This document shows, in pieces, positions 19,225 to 27,202 of a stretch of DNA of 64,000 nucleotides. The notes below the pieces were generated by a model. It did no database searches, had not been told where the DNA came from, and saw only the letters and a list, made by a program, of their open reading frames with translations. This DNA comes from a virus. The stretch lies in IMG/VR virus record IMGVR_UViG_3300037419_001224. One strand, 5' to 3'. Numbering within the stretch: position 1 is the first letter of the stretch; every line of letters begins with the position of its first letter. The position numbers and the translations under genes were made by a program.

Positions 19225-20145
19225 TTAGTAGCCCCGCTCCGCAAGCTGCTTGTCGCGCAATTGCGCTTCGTATTCCCAAAGCTCTTCCGGCGACATGTCG
19301 TCCGGGGATTTCGCCTTGGGCACGCGAACGCCCTTGGGCAGCGTTGCCGCCGCTTCGAGCTTTTGCTTGCGTTCCTGGGTGATACGGGTGGAGGGGTCGT
19401 TCTGCTTGTGGGTGTCGTACAGGCGGAGCATGCGTGCGGCATCTCCGACGCTGGTCGATTCGGCCAACGCCTTGACGTCGGTCGGTTGCGCTTCGAGCCA
19501 CTTGCCGAAGGATTCGGTGTTCACCTCTTCCTTCCAGCCGGGATACACGCCGTCCAGCGTCGCATCGACGATTTCCTGGCGCAGTTCCTTGGTGGCGTTC
19601 TTCAGGCGCTCTTCGAGCTTGCGGTCGATCTCTGCAGGGTCGACTTGCGGTCCCTGCTGGACGCCCGCCAGGCGCGCTCCGAGCAAATCCTCGGTCGCTT
19701 CCGCCCACTCGGGGAATTCGCCTTTCAGCTTTTCCCACTTGTCGGGGTTCGCTACCGCCTGCGTGACCTGGGCCTTGGAAGGCGCATCGGCGTCGGGAGC
19801 GGCACGGCGTGCGGCTTCCATTGCTTCATGCAGTTTCTTCTGCTGGCTGGTCAATCCGCCGATGTGGCCCTCGACATTCCGTTGCCGCTTCTCGATCGCT
19901 TCAAGCTTCGCGATGATCTCGGTCAGGAAAGGGTCACGTTGCGGTTCGTCTTTCGGCTCGTCGTCTTTCGGCGGATCGTCCTGCTTGTCTTCAGGCTGGT
20001 CCGCTTTCGGTTCATCTCCTTCGGATTTGGCTTCTTTCGGTTCGTCCGGCGGCGATTCTTTCGCGGTCGGGTTCTCCATCTCTGCAGCCATCTCGTTCCA
20101 GAGCTGTTGCGCCTTCTGTTCCTCCGTCAATGCTTCGGTTCCCAC
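19225..20145 (-). CDS. Scaffolding protein
   Basis: Acidic, Lys/Glu/Asp/Pro-rich helical protein upstream of the capsid gene. GTG start at 20145 preceded by GGAGGA. The ORF track offers an alternative upstream start at 20211. Confidence 0.6.
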   Translation of the reverse strand: MGTEALTEEQKAQQLWNEMAAEMENPTAKESPPDEPKEAKSEGDEPKADQPEDKQDDPPKDDEPKDEPQRDPFLTEIIAKLEAIEKRQRNVEGHIGGLTSQQKKLHEAMEAARRAAPDADAPSKAQVTQAVANPDKWEKLKGEFPEWAEATEDLLGARLAGVQQGPQVDPAEIDRKLEERLKNATKELRQEIVDATLDGVYPGWKEEVNTESFGKWLEAQPTDVKALAESTSVGDAARMLRLYDTHKQNDPSTRITQERKQKLEAAATLPKGVRVPKAKSPDDMSPEELWEYEAQLRDKQLAERGY

Positions 20146-20173
20146 TTGGTTCCTCCATGATGTGTACCGACGT

Positions 20174-20196
20174 AAAAAAACCGCCTCGCGGGCGGT
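20174..20196 (-). terminator. Intrinsic terminator upstream of the scaffold gene
   Basis: Minus strand reads ACCGCC-CGCGA-GGCGGT followed by TTTTTTT. Confidence 0.75.
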
Positions 20197-20220
20197 CTGT
20201 CGGCAAAACAATCAGCGGGA

Positions 20221-20430
20221 CTACTCCGGCTGATCGATCCTCGCCCTGGCTCGTATTTCGAGCGAGAGCAATTCCTTGAGGAGGCTGATGCGGCCTCTCG
20301 TGTGCGCGGTCTGGACCGGGTCCAGATCCAGCGCGTCGTTCTTCTTGCGTTCGCGGTCCAACATGGCTTCAGCCCATCGCTTGGTCTGCGCCCAGTTCCA
20401 CGTCACGCTATTGAATTCGTCGTTTATCAT
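20221..20430 (-). CDS. Hypothetical protein
   Basis: 69-aa ORF overlapping the upstream stop. Confidence 0.5.
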   Translation of the reverse strand: MINDEFNSVTWNWAQTKRWAEAMLDRERKKNDALDLDPVQTAHTRGRISLLKELLSLEIRARARIDQPE

Positions 20431-21194
20431 CGTCTGTCGCTATGCCTGCTGAACACCACGAACGACCCGTCCGGCCTGTCCGTCATGAACAGCGTCGCGC
20501 CATCCAGGGTCGTTGAGAGGGTTCCGGTAATCGGCTGCCCGACGCCGCCAGTGAAGGACGCGGTCGCGCCATCCAGCGTCGAGGCAAAAGTTCCGGCGAA
20601 CACCTGTTCCCCGCTCATCGCCATCGTTGCGCCAGCCAAGGCCGAAGACAGCGCGCCGGAATAGATTTCCTGGCCAGACATCGCCATCGATGCGCCGGCC
20701 AAGGCCGGGCCGATCGTGCCGGAAAAGATTTCTTCCCCGGACATCGCCATCGATGCATCCGCCAGCGTGGGCGACAGCGTGGCGGCGAAGACCTCCTCGC
20801 CCGTCATCGTCATCGTTGCGGGAGACAGCACGGCCACGAACGTGCCTTCGAGCACGCTGTAGTTGATGCCGGTCATCGACATCGATGCGCTGTCCAGCGT
20901 GGTCGCCAGGGTGCCGCTGAAGATCTCCTGCCCGGTCGCCGACATGGTCGCCGCGTCCAGCGCGGAAGCCAGCGTGCCCGAGAAGATTTCCTCCCCGGTC
21001 ATCGACATCGATGCGCCAGCAAGGGTCGACGCCAGCGTGCCGGAGAAGATCTCTTCGCCGGTCGCGGTCATCGTCGCGCCTGAAAGTGTCGATGCGAGCG
21101 TGCCGGTGACGTCCGGCGAGTTGATCGACAGGATGCTGACCGGAGTCCTGGCCGGAGGCCGGAACGGATACCGGCGGAATACTCCGGTGGACAT
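20427..21194 (-). CDS. Tandem 21-residue-repeat protein (tail-fibre associated)
   Basis: 255 aa. About ten copies of GTLASTL.GA.M.MTGEEIFS. Confidence 0.65.
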   Translation of the reverse strand: MSTGVFRRYPFRPPARTPVSILSINSPDVTGTLASTLSGATMTATGEEIFSGTLASTLAGASMSMTGEEIFSGTLASALDAATMSATGQEIFSGTLATTLDSASMSMTGINYSVLEGTFVAVLSPATMTMTGEEVFAATLSPTLADASMAMSGEEIFSGTIGPALAGASMAMSGQEIYSGALSSALAGATMAMSGEQVFAGTFASTLDGATASFTGGVGQPITGTLSTTLDGATLFMTDRPDGSFVVFSRHSDRR

Positions 21195-21197
21195 CGG

Positions 21198-21665
21198 TTA
21201 TCCGATCTCTTCGAACACCAGGTAGCCGTGCATCGTGATCGAGTCGGCAGGCGTGGTCGCCAGCTCCACCGTCATCCGGCGGCTAGGGCGCATGACCAGG
21301 CGCGTCTCCGGCGTCCAGATGAACGGATACGGCGCACGCACGTTCCACCCGAGCGGATAGTGCGTGACGATCGTGCCGACGCTGGCCTTGGTCGTGTTGT
21401 TCGCCTCGACGGTGGCGGTCGCCGCCGCATCGCCGAAGTCGGACGCGACCGGCGTGACGGACGTGCCGCCGGAGCCGCTGGTCGTCTGCCCGCTCTTGAT
21501 CAGGATCAGCAATCCCTCTTCCTGTGCATCGCCGATCTCCGACGTCTGCGACAGGCACAGCTCGTGGACGACGACCGCGCAGTTCGATCCTGCGGTCAGT
21601 TCGAACAGATCCTGCTGGGCCGTGACCGCGACACCGTTGAATTGCGCGGTGTAAATGCGGCCCAT
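21198..21665 (-). CDS. Hypothetical tail-module protein
   Basis: 155-aa ORF with good codon bias. Confidence 0.55.
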   Translation of the reverse strand: MGRIYTAQFNGVAVTAQQDLFELTAGSNCAVVVHELCLSQTSEIGDAQEEGLLILIKSGQTTSGSGGTSVTPVASDFGDAAATATVEANNTTKASVGTIVTHYPLGWNVRAPYPFIWTPETRLVMRPSRRMTVELATTPADSITMHGYLVFEEIG

Positions 21666-22073
21666 CTATGCATTCCCTTCGGTGATACTTCCAGAAGTCA
21701 CCGACACCGTCGCGTTCTGGACGATGTTCGTGCTGTTCAGGTTGATGTCCGCGCCCGACGTGCCGACGCTGCAGTCGGTGACGAACGTGCCGGCGCTGTC
21801 GGCAATACGTCCCCAGGTCGCGGTCGTGCCCGCGCCTGCGGCGGCGGTGCCGGTGCCGCTGGTGATCGCGGAAAACGTCAGCACGCCGCCGGACACGGTG
21901 CCGCACGGGTCGGAGAACGTCAGCGTGGCCAGCAAGTTGGTCGCGGTGCCGCCGGTCGCCGGACGGGTGCCGTCGTAAATCTTCAACGTGCCGGCACCAG
22001 TGCCGCCGTCGATGGCGTTCAGGATCTGCGTGAGACGGTTGTTGCGAACCGTCGAAGAAAGGCCGAGAGCCAT
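21666..22073 (-). CDS. Small tail-fibre-like protein
   Basis: 135 aa, Gly/Thr-rich. Resembles small fibre-like proteins of Burkholderia and Pseudomonas phages (recognition by eye). Confidence 0.5.
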   Translation of the reverse strand: MALGLSSTVRNNRLTQILNAIDGGTGAGTLKIYDGTRPATGGTATNLLATLTFSDPCGTVSGGVLTFSAITSGTGTAAAGAGTTATWGRIADSAGTFVTDCSVGTSGADINLNSTNIVQNATVSVTSGSITEGNA

Positions 22074-22079
22074 GGTGTG

Positions 22080-22628
22080 TTACCTCCCTAAAAATTCCTG
22101 CATCCGCTTCTTCGCGTCTTCAAACTGCGCGGTCATCCGCTGCATCTGGTCGGTGGCCGACTGCAGCTCGCGCTGCGTCGCGGCCAGTTCCGAGGTCTTC
22201 GCGGTGGCTTGCGCGGCGATCTCGTCGTGCTTGACTTGCATCGCCGACAGTTGCTTGCCCATCTCGGCCAGGTGCGCTTGTGCCTGCGCACGGGCCTCCG
22301 CGACGATCCGGTCTGCCTCTTCGCAGGCGACGGCGACGATCCGTTCGGCTTTCGCTGCCGCGTCCTGCTCGACGTTCTTCATCAGCGCAGCGGCCTGCTG
22401 TTCGCGGTCGAAGCAGTCCTTCTCGGCTGCCTCCAGTTTTTTTCTGGCCTTGGCGAGCGAGTCCTTGGTCTTGATGTGCTCGACCTTCATCTCGTCGATC
22501 TGGCTGACCAGCTCGTTGCGGAACTGGGAGAGCCCGCCGAGATCACGCAATGCGTCGCGTGCGGCGGCGATATCCGCGTAATGGATGGCGAGGCGATCCA
22601 GCGCCTCTGCTGCTTGCAGAATGCTCAT
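22080..22628 (-). CDS. Coiled-coil protein
   Basis: 182 aa, almost entirely heptad-like A/E/K/Q sequence. Confidence 0.55.
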   Translation of the reverse strand: MSILQAAEALDRLAIHYADIAAARDALRDLGGLSQFRNELVSQIDEMKVEHIKTKDSLAKARKKLEAAEKDCFDREQQAAALMKNVEQDAAAKAERIVAVACEEADRIVAEARAQAQAHLAEMGKQLSAMQVKHDEIAAQATAKTSELAATQRELQSATDQMQRMTAQFEDAKKRMQEFLGR

Positions 22629-22644
22629 CGGGCATACCCTGGAA

Positions 22645-22668
22645 AGAAAAAACCCCGCGAGTGCGGGG
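22645..22668 (-). terminator. Intrinsic terminator
   Basis: Minus strand reads CCCCGC-ACTC-GCGGGG followed by TTTTTTCTTT. Confidence 0.75.
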
Positions 22669-22676
22669 CTGGTTGG

Positions 22677-23813
22677 TCAATACCTTCTGCGGCGGATGAA
22701 ACACCTGAGCAGGAACACGAGCGGCGTGGTGGTGCCACCGAGCGCTTCCATCCTGGCTCCCTCCAGCGTGCTGGAGAACGTGCCGGTGATCGGCTGCGTC
22801 GTGCTGCTGGTCATCGACATCGTCGCGCCCGACAGCACGGCAACGAGCGTGCCGGAGAAGGTTTCCTTGCCGGTCATCGACATGGTCGCGCCAGCCAATG
22901 CCGGAGGAGCAAACGTGCCGGAGTAGATCAACTGGCCGGTCATCGACATGGTCGCCCCGGCGAGCGCATTGACGCCGATCGACATGGTTGCGCCCGCAAG
23001 GGTCGACGACAGCGTGCCGCTAAAGATTTCGCTGCCGGTGAACGATGCGGTCGCGTCAGCCAGTGTGGCCGCCAGCGTGCCGGTCGGGTTCACCGAGAAA
23101 TTGCGCCTGGTCCGCTTCGGGTCGGCGGACATCACGAACAACTGGTACGGGTTGAGCGTCAGCTCGCGCAGCTCCTGCGCATCGAGCGCCCGGTTCCAGA
23201 ATGCCCACACGCCGATCCATCCCTGCATCGGGATCAGCGGATTGGTGTCCAGTTGCGCGCCGATCACGAGCTGGGCAACCGGCGGCGCGTTCTGCACGGT
23301 CCCGGTCCCGGTGACGTCCTTGCCGTCCAGGTACACCAGCGGCACGGTGTTCATCTGCTTCATCGAGAACGCGGCCACGTAGCGCACGTTCGCCGACAGC
23401 AGCGCGGACGAGTTGTGCCCGGTCGCGCCATCGACCGCCAGCGTGTTGTTGCCGGCGATGCGGATCGCCGCGCCATCGGTGGAAAACGAGTTGCCGATCG
23501 ACAGAATCCCCTGGTCAGCCGGAGTCGTCGTGCTCAGCATGAACTCGCACAACAGCGTGATCGACTCGCCCCGGCCCTTGCACGCGAGCGCCTGCGCGAC
23601 CTGGGTGCCGTCGAACAGGGCCACCTTCTGGCCGAGCCGCACGCCCTTGGTCGGCAGCGAAAAGCCCGTGCCGGCAGTGATCTGGTAATCGATGATCCCG
23701 AGCGGCGTGAACGGGTTCGGCCCCGCCGCGATCAGCTCACGCGCATACGCCGACGACTTGTCGAGGCGCACACCCGGAGTCGGCTGCCGTACTGTCCGCA
23801 GATGCCGGCGCAT
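22677..23813 (-). CDS. LamG/concanavalin-like domain protein with C-terminal 21-residue repeats
   Basis: Start MRRHLRTV at 23813. The upstream part of track ORF 22677..24323 overlaps gene 23816..24259 and looks non-coding. LamG-like signature (...YLDG...IGAQ...WIGVWAFWNRALDAQELREL). Then GATMSMTG-type repeats. Confidence 0.65.
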   Translation of the reverse strand: MRRHLRTVRQPTPGVRLDKSSAYARELIAAGPNPFTPLGIIDYQITAGTGFSLPTKGVRLGQKVALFDGTQVAQALACKGRGESITLLCEFMLSTTTPADQGILSIGNSFSTDGAAIRIAGNNTLAVDGATGHNSSALLSANVRYVAAFSMKQMNTVPLVYLDGKDVTGTGTVQNAPPVAQLVIGAQLDTNPLIPMQGWIGVWAFWNRALDAQELRELTLNPYQLFVMSADPKRTRRNFSVNPTGTLAATLADATASFTGSEIFSGTLSSTLAGATMSIGVNALAGATMSMTGQLIYSGTFAPPALAGATMSMTGKETFSGTLVAVLSGATMSMTSSTTQPITGTFSSTLEGARMEALGGTTTPLVFLLRCFIRRRRY

Positions 23814-23815
23814 GA

Positions 23816-24259
23816 TTACGACACGTTTTCGTACACGAAGCGGTATTGCGCGGTGTTGCCGCTTCCGGCCAGCGACACGCCGGCATCGTTGTAGATGACG
23901 ATCTTGAACTGCGGCGGCAGCGTGCGGTATGCCGCGCCCACCGAGAACGCCTGCGACCGGAACGGGCCGGTGCCGGTGATGTCGAGCGTGCCTAGGCGGA
24001 ACAGGTTCGAGGTCTTCGTGTTGTCGGCGAAGTTGGTGCCGTCGACCGAGCTGATCGCATACACGACGATCTGCTTGTTGCCCGCCTCGACGACCTCGGC
24101 GACCACGATCTCGACCAGCACGTCCAGCACCGGATTGATGGAGCCGGCGATGTCGATCGCGTTCGACGTGGCCAGGCTGCCGGACGCCAGCGCGTTGAAC
24201 CCGGTAACGGTCAGCGACGTCGTCGTGCCGTACTTGAGGGTGATGTCCCCAGTAGCCAT
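23816..24259 (-). CDS. Tail-fibre module protein, paralogous to an internal domain of the 854-aa tailspike
   Basis: 147 aa. Aligns by eye along its length with the tailspike segment TITLDNLANGS...NTAQYRFVYENI, including the shared ending GNTAQYRFVYEN. Confidence 0.6.
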   Translation of the reverse strand: MATGDITLKYGTTTSLTVTGFNALASGSLATSNAIDIAGSINPVLDVLVEIVVAEVVEAGNKQIVVYAISSVDGTNFADNTKTSNLFRLGTLDITGTGPFRSQAFSVGAAYRTLPPQFKIVIYNDAGVSLAGSGNTAQYRFVYENVS

Positions 24260-24268
24260 GTGCTCCCC

Positions 24269-26833
24269 TTACGAAATCTGGATGGTCTGATTGAGTGCGT
24301 TGCGCCCAGTCGCGCTGTCCCACAGACCGGTATTGGCGAACCGGATCGCATACTCGGGACGGGTCGACAGCGCGGAGTCCGGGTCGGGCAGCAGCAGGTA
24401 CACCGCGTACGCGCCGGACGCCATGCCGACCGGCAGCGTCACGTTTTCATTGACCGTGATCTGGCTGCCTGGCAGCCATTTGCGCGGATCGGCCACCATC
24501 GACAGCGTGGTCACCGCGCCGGACACCGTGTGCCGCAGCACCAGCTTCACCGGACGCGGCATGCATGGCGCGGCGAACCCGGAATTGTTGACGATGATCG
24601 TCACCGGGATCGAGGTGCCGGACGTGGCGCTGGACGGCATCGTGCTCGAAATCAGTTCGAGCCGGTAACCGAGCTTCTTCTTGATCTGGTCGATGTAATA
24701 GCCGTTGGTCCCGGTGTTGTAGCCAGAGGTCGAACCGGCGGACGTATCGGATCGGTTGGCCCAGATATTCAGCACGCAGCGATCGTAGTTGCAGTTCAAA
24801 TACGTGGTGTGATACTTCGTCATGAACGCGATCGCAGGAACGCCACCGTTGTATGTCGCATTGAAGTTGGCTGCGTTTTCCTGGATATTCGTCTCGCCCC
24901 CGTGCGGCACCCATTTCGTGTCCTGCCGCATGAACGTGTCCTCGTTGAACGCGTTGTACGATGCGGACGGGCTGAACGGCGGATACACGAACGTGCCCCG
25001 GTCGGTCTGGCTCACACAGAACGAATCGTCGAAATGGCCGATCCGCGACCAGTCCGAGCCATTGAATGCCGCCGCGTCCTGCACGCCAACCACGTTGCCG
25101 AGCGCGCCGCCCAGCTTGATGTTGTTGTACATGCCCTTCACGTACGGCTGGCGTACCTGAACGAACCGGTTGGCCGGCAGGATTTGCAGCGTCTTCTGGA
25201 TGACCGTGCAGCGATTCGTCCTGGTGGTCGTATTCAGACTGTCCGGCCAGTTGTCCGAGCCGAAATCGGCGTTGCCCGATCCCTGGTACTCGCCCCACTG
25301 GCCGACCCAGCCGCACTGGACCATCATCAGGATGTCCGCGTTCGACGCGAAATAGGGCTGCAACTGGTCCGCGTGCCGCTGGATCTGCGCCAGCGACGCG
25401 CCGACCGCGCTGTTCTGGTCGTACGACACGCGCAGGATGATCTTCATGCCGCGAGTCCTGGCCGCATTGAAGTTGCTCTGCAACGCATTCAAGAAGGTGG
25501 CATCCAGATCCACCGTCTTGTAGTTGTTCATCAGGCAGTAATAGTGGATCAGCCGGACGTCGCGCTGGTAATTGTCCGGGTTCGTCGCGTCGGTGTTGAA
25601 GTAGGTCGACAGGTTCGACTGCGTCCAGTTTCCAAGATGGAACAGGTCCATGTAGAACCCGCGCTCGGGGTTCGGGATCTGCGCGGTGCTGACCGAGTAC
25701 GACACGGTCGACAAGCTGGTCGGCGTCGACGTGTTGATGTTTTCGTACACGAAGCGGTATTGCGCGGTGTTGCCCGACGCGGCCAGCGCCACGCCCGCAT
25801 CGTTATGCACGACCAGCTTCATGGCCGGCGGCAGTACGTTGTAGGCTGCCGCGACCGACAGCGACTGGGTGGTGAACCCGGTCGAGCCGGTCATGTCGAC
25901 CGTGCCGAGCAGGTTCAGGTTGTTCAGGTTCGTGCTGTCCGCGTAGTTCGTGCCATCCGTGCTGGATGCGCCATAGACGACGACCTGCGCATTGCCGGTC
26001 TGAATGATGTTGGCAATGGTGACATCGGCCATCACGTCCAGCACCGGAGCCGTTGCCCCGGCGATATTGATTGCGGAGCTGGTCGCGGTCGACCCGTTCG
26101 CGAGGTTATCGAGCGTAATGGTCAGCGCGGTCGTGGACCCGGTCCTGTCGGTGATGCCCGCAGGGGATGCCGCCGCCTTGATCTCGACCGCGATCACGCC
26201 GATATTGGTCGATGCGCTGGCGGTCGCATCGACCGTCGTATCGTTGTCTCCACGGAACTCGGTCGCGACAGCCGAGAAGGTTGCGCCGGTATCATGGATC
26301 TCGGTGAACCCGGAACCGGGCGTAAAGGTGCGCGGCACGCCGCCGCTGTCGCTCGCGCCGAACGCGCCATAGGTCGCATTGTTTTGCGACGAAAACCCGG
26401 CCAGGGTGGCGGTGATCGACGTGACACCCTCCGCCTTGTTCGTGACCACCTGGGCAATCGCGCCGGAACCGTTGGTGCCGGTGGTGTCGACGCCATCGAA
26501 CTCGACCAGGCTCCACGCGCACGACACGCAGTTGAACCCAGGATTGATCGTGATTGTGCCGGCGGTCGGGCTGCCGCCCATCGCCCGGTACAGCGACAGT
26601 TGCGCGTTGTAATTGCTGCCAGAGTTCAATGCCACTCCGACCTTCGCCACTTCGACCCAGGTCAGCCCGTTGCCGGACACGGACGTGAACGACGTCACCA
26701 CGCCAGTGGTTTCTTTCCCGATCTCGACCGCCAACAGTTGTAGTCTGTTTGCGCTGGGCGTGACCGATGCGGTAGTGAACGAAGACGCTGTCGATCCGGC
26801 GGAACCGGACGTCAGGGCAGCCTGCGTAACCAA
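24269..26833 (-). CDS. Tailspike with C-terminal glycosidase-like (DUF4874/DUF4832-type) domain
   Basis: 854 aa. N-terminal fibre modules, then NPERGFY ... KIILRVSYD ... GWVGQWGEY signatures typical of DUF4874/DUF4832 putative polysaccharide hydrolases. Confidence 0.6.
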   Translation of the reverse strand: MVTQAALTSGSAGSTASSFTTASVTPSANRLQLLAVEIGKETTGVVTSFTSVSGNGLTWVEVAKVGVALNSGSNYNAQLSLYRAMGGSPTAGTITINPGFNCVSCAWSLVEFDGVDTTGTNGSGAIAQVVTNKAEGVTSITATLAGFSSQNNATYGAFGASDSGGVPRTFTPGSGFTEIHDTGATFSAVATEFRGDNDTTVDATASASTNIGVIAVEIKAAASPAGITDRTGSTTALTITLDNLANGSTATSSAINIAGATAPVLDVMADVTIANIIQTGNAQVVVYGASSTDGTNYADSTNLNNLNLLGTVDMTGSTGFTTQSLSVAAAYNVLPPAMKLVVHNDAGVALAASGNTAQYRFVYENINTSTPTSLSTVSYSVSTAQIPNPERGFYMDLFHLGNWTQSNLSTYFNTDATNPDNYQRDVRLIHYYCLMNNYKTVDLDATFLNALQSNFNAARTRGMKIILRVSYDQNSAVGASLAQIQRHADQLQPYFASNADILMMVQCGWVGQWGEYQGSGNADFGSDNWPDSLNTTTRTNRCTVIQKTLQILPANRFVQVRQPYVKGMYNNIKLGGALGNVVGVQDAAAFNGSDWSRIGHFDDSFCVSQTDRGTFVYPPFSPSASYNAFNEDTFMRQDTKWVPHGGETNIQENAANFNATYNGGVPAIAFMTKYHTTYLNCNYDRCVLNIWANRSDTSAGSTSGYNTGTNGYYIDQIKKKLGYRLELISSTMPSSATSGTSIPVTIIVNNSGFAAPCMPRPVKLVLRHTVSGAVTTLSMVADPRKWLPGSQITVNENVTLPVGMASGAYAVYLLLPDPDSALSTRPEYAIRFANTGLWDSATGRNALNQTIQIS

Positions 26834-26834
26834 G

Positions 26835-27200
26835 TCAGCTCCAGGCGAGCGGGTTCACGGTGCGACCGAACAGGGTCACGGTCACGGTCGTGCCAGTGCC
26901 GCCGGCAGAGCGCACGCGCAGCTTCAGCGTCGCTTCCAGCACCTGCTTCAGGCCGGCAGCGGAGAACGCCAGGATCGTGCCTTGCGGGTCGCGCAGCGAT
27001 TCCCAGTTGGTGCTGTCGTTGCTGCCCTCGACCGTCACGGTCGCGCCGCCGAACGTGCCCTCGACCTGGATCGAGCGGTCCACGTAGTCGGACAGGTCGA
27101 CCTCGATGCCGGTGTCGGACGCGCCGAGCGTCCAGGTCGCGAGGATGATCGACTGCGCTCCCTGCGGTGCGCGCTTGACGTTTGGTACGATGTTGGCCAT
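26835..27200 (-). CDS. Hypothetical protein downstream of the portal
   Basis: 121-aa ORF, tightly packed with its neighbours. Confidence 0.55.
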   Translation of the reverse strand: MANIVPNVKRAPQGAQSIILATWTLGASDTGIEVDLSDYVDRSIQVEGTFGGATVTVEGSNDSTNWESLRDPQGTILAFSAAGLKQVLEATLKLRVRSAGGTGTTVTVTLFGRTVNPLAWS

Positions 27201-27202
27201 CT

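Noticed and set aside
22677-24323. Full 548-aa version of this ORF
   Set aside because: The first 170 codons overlap the well-formed gene 23816..24259 in another frame and are Arg/His/Gly-rich. I used the internal ATG at 23813, which directly follows that gene's stop.
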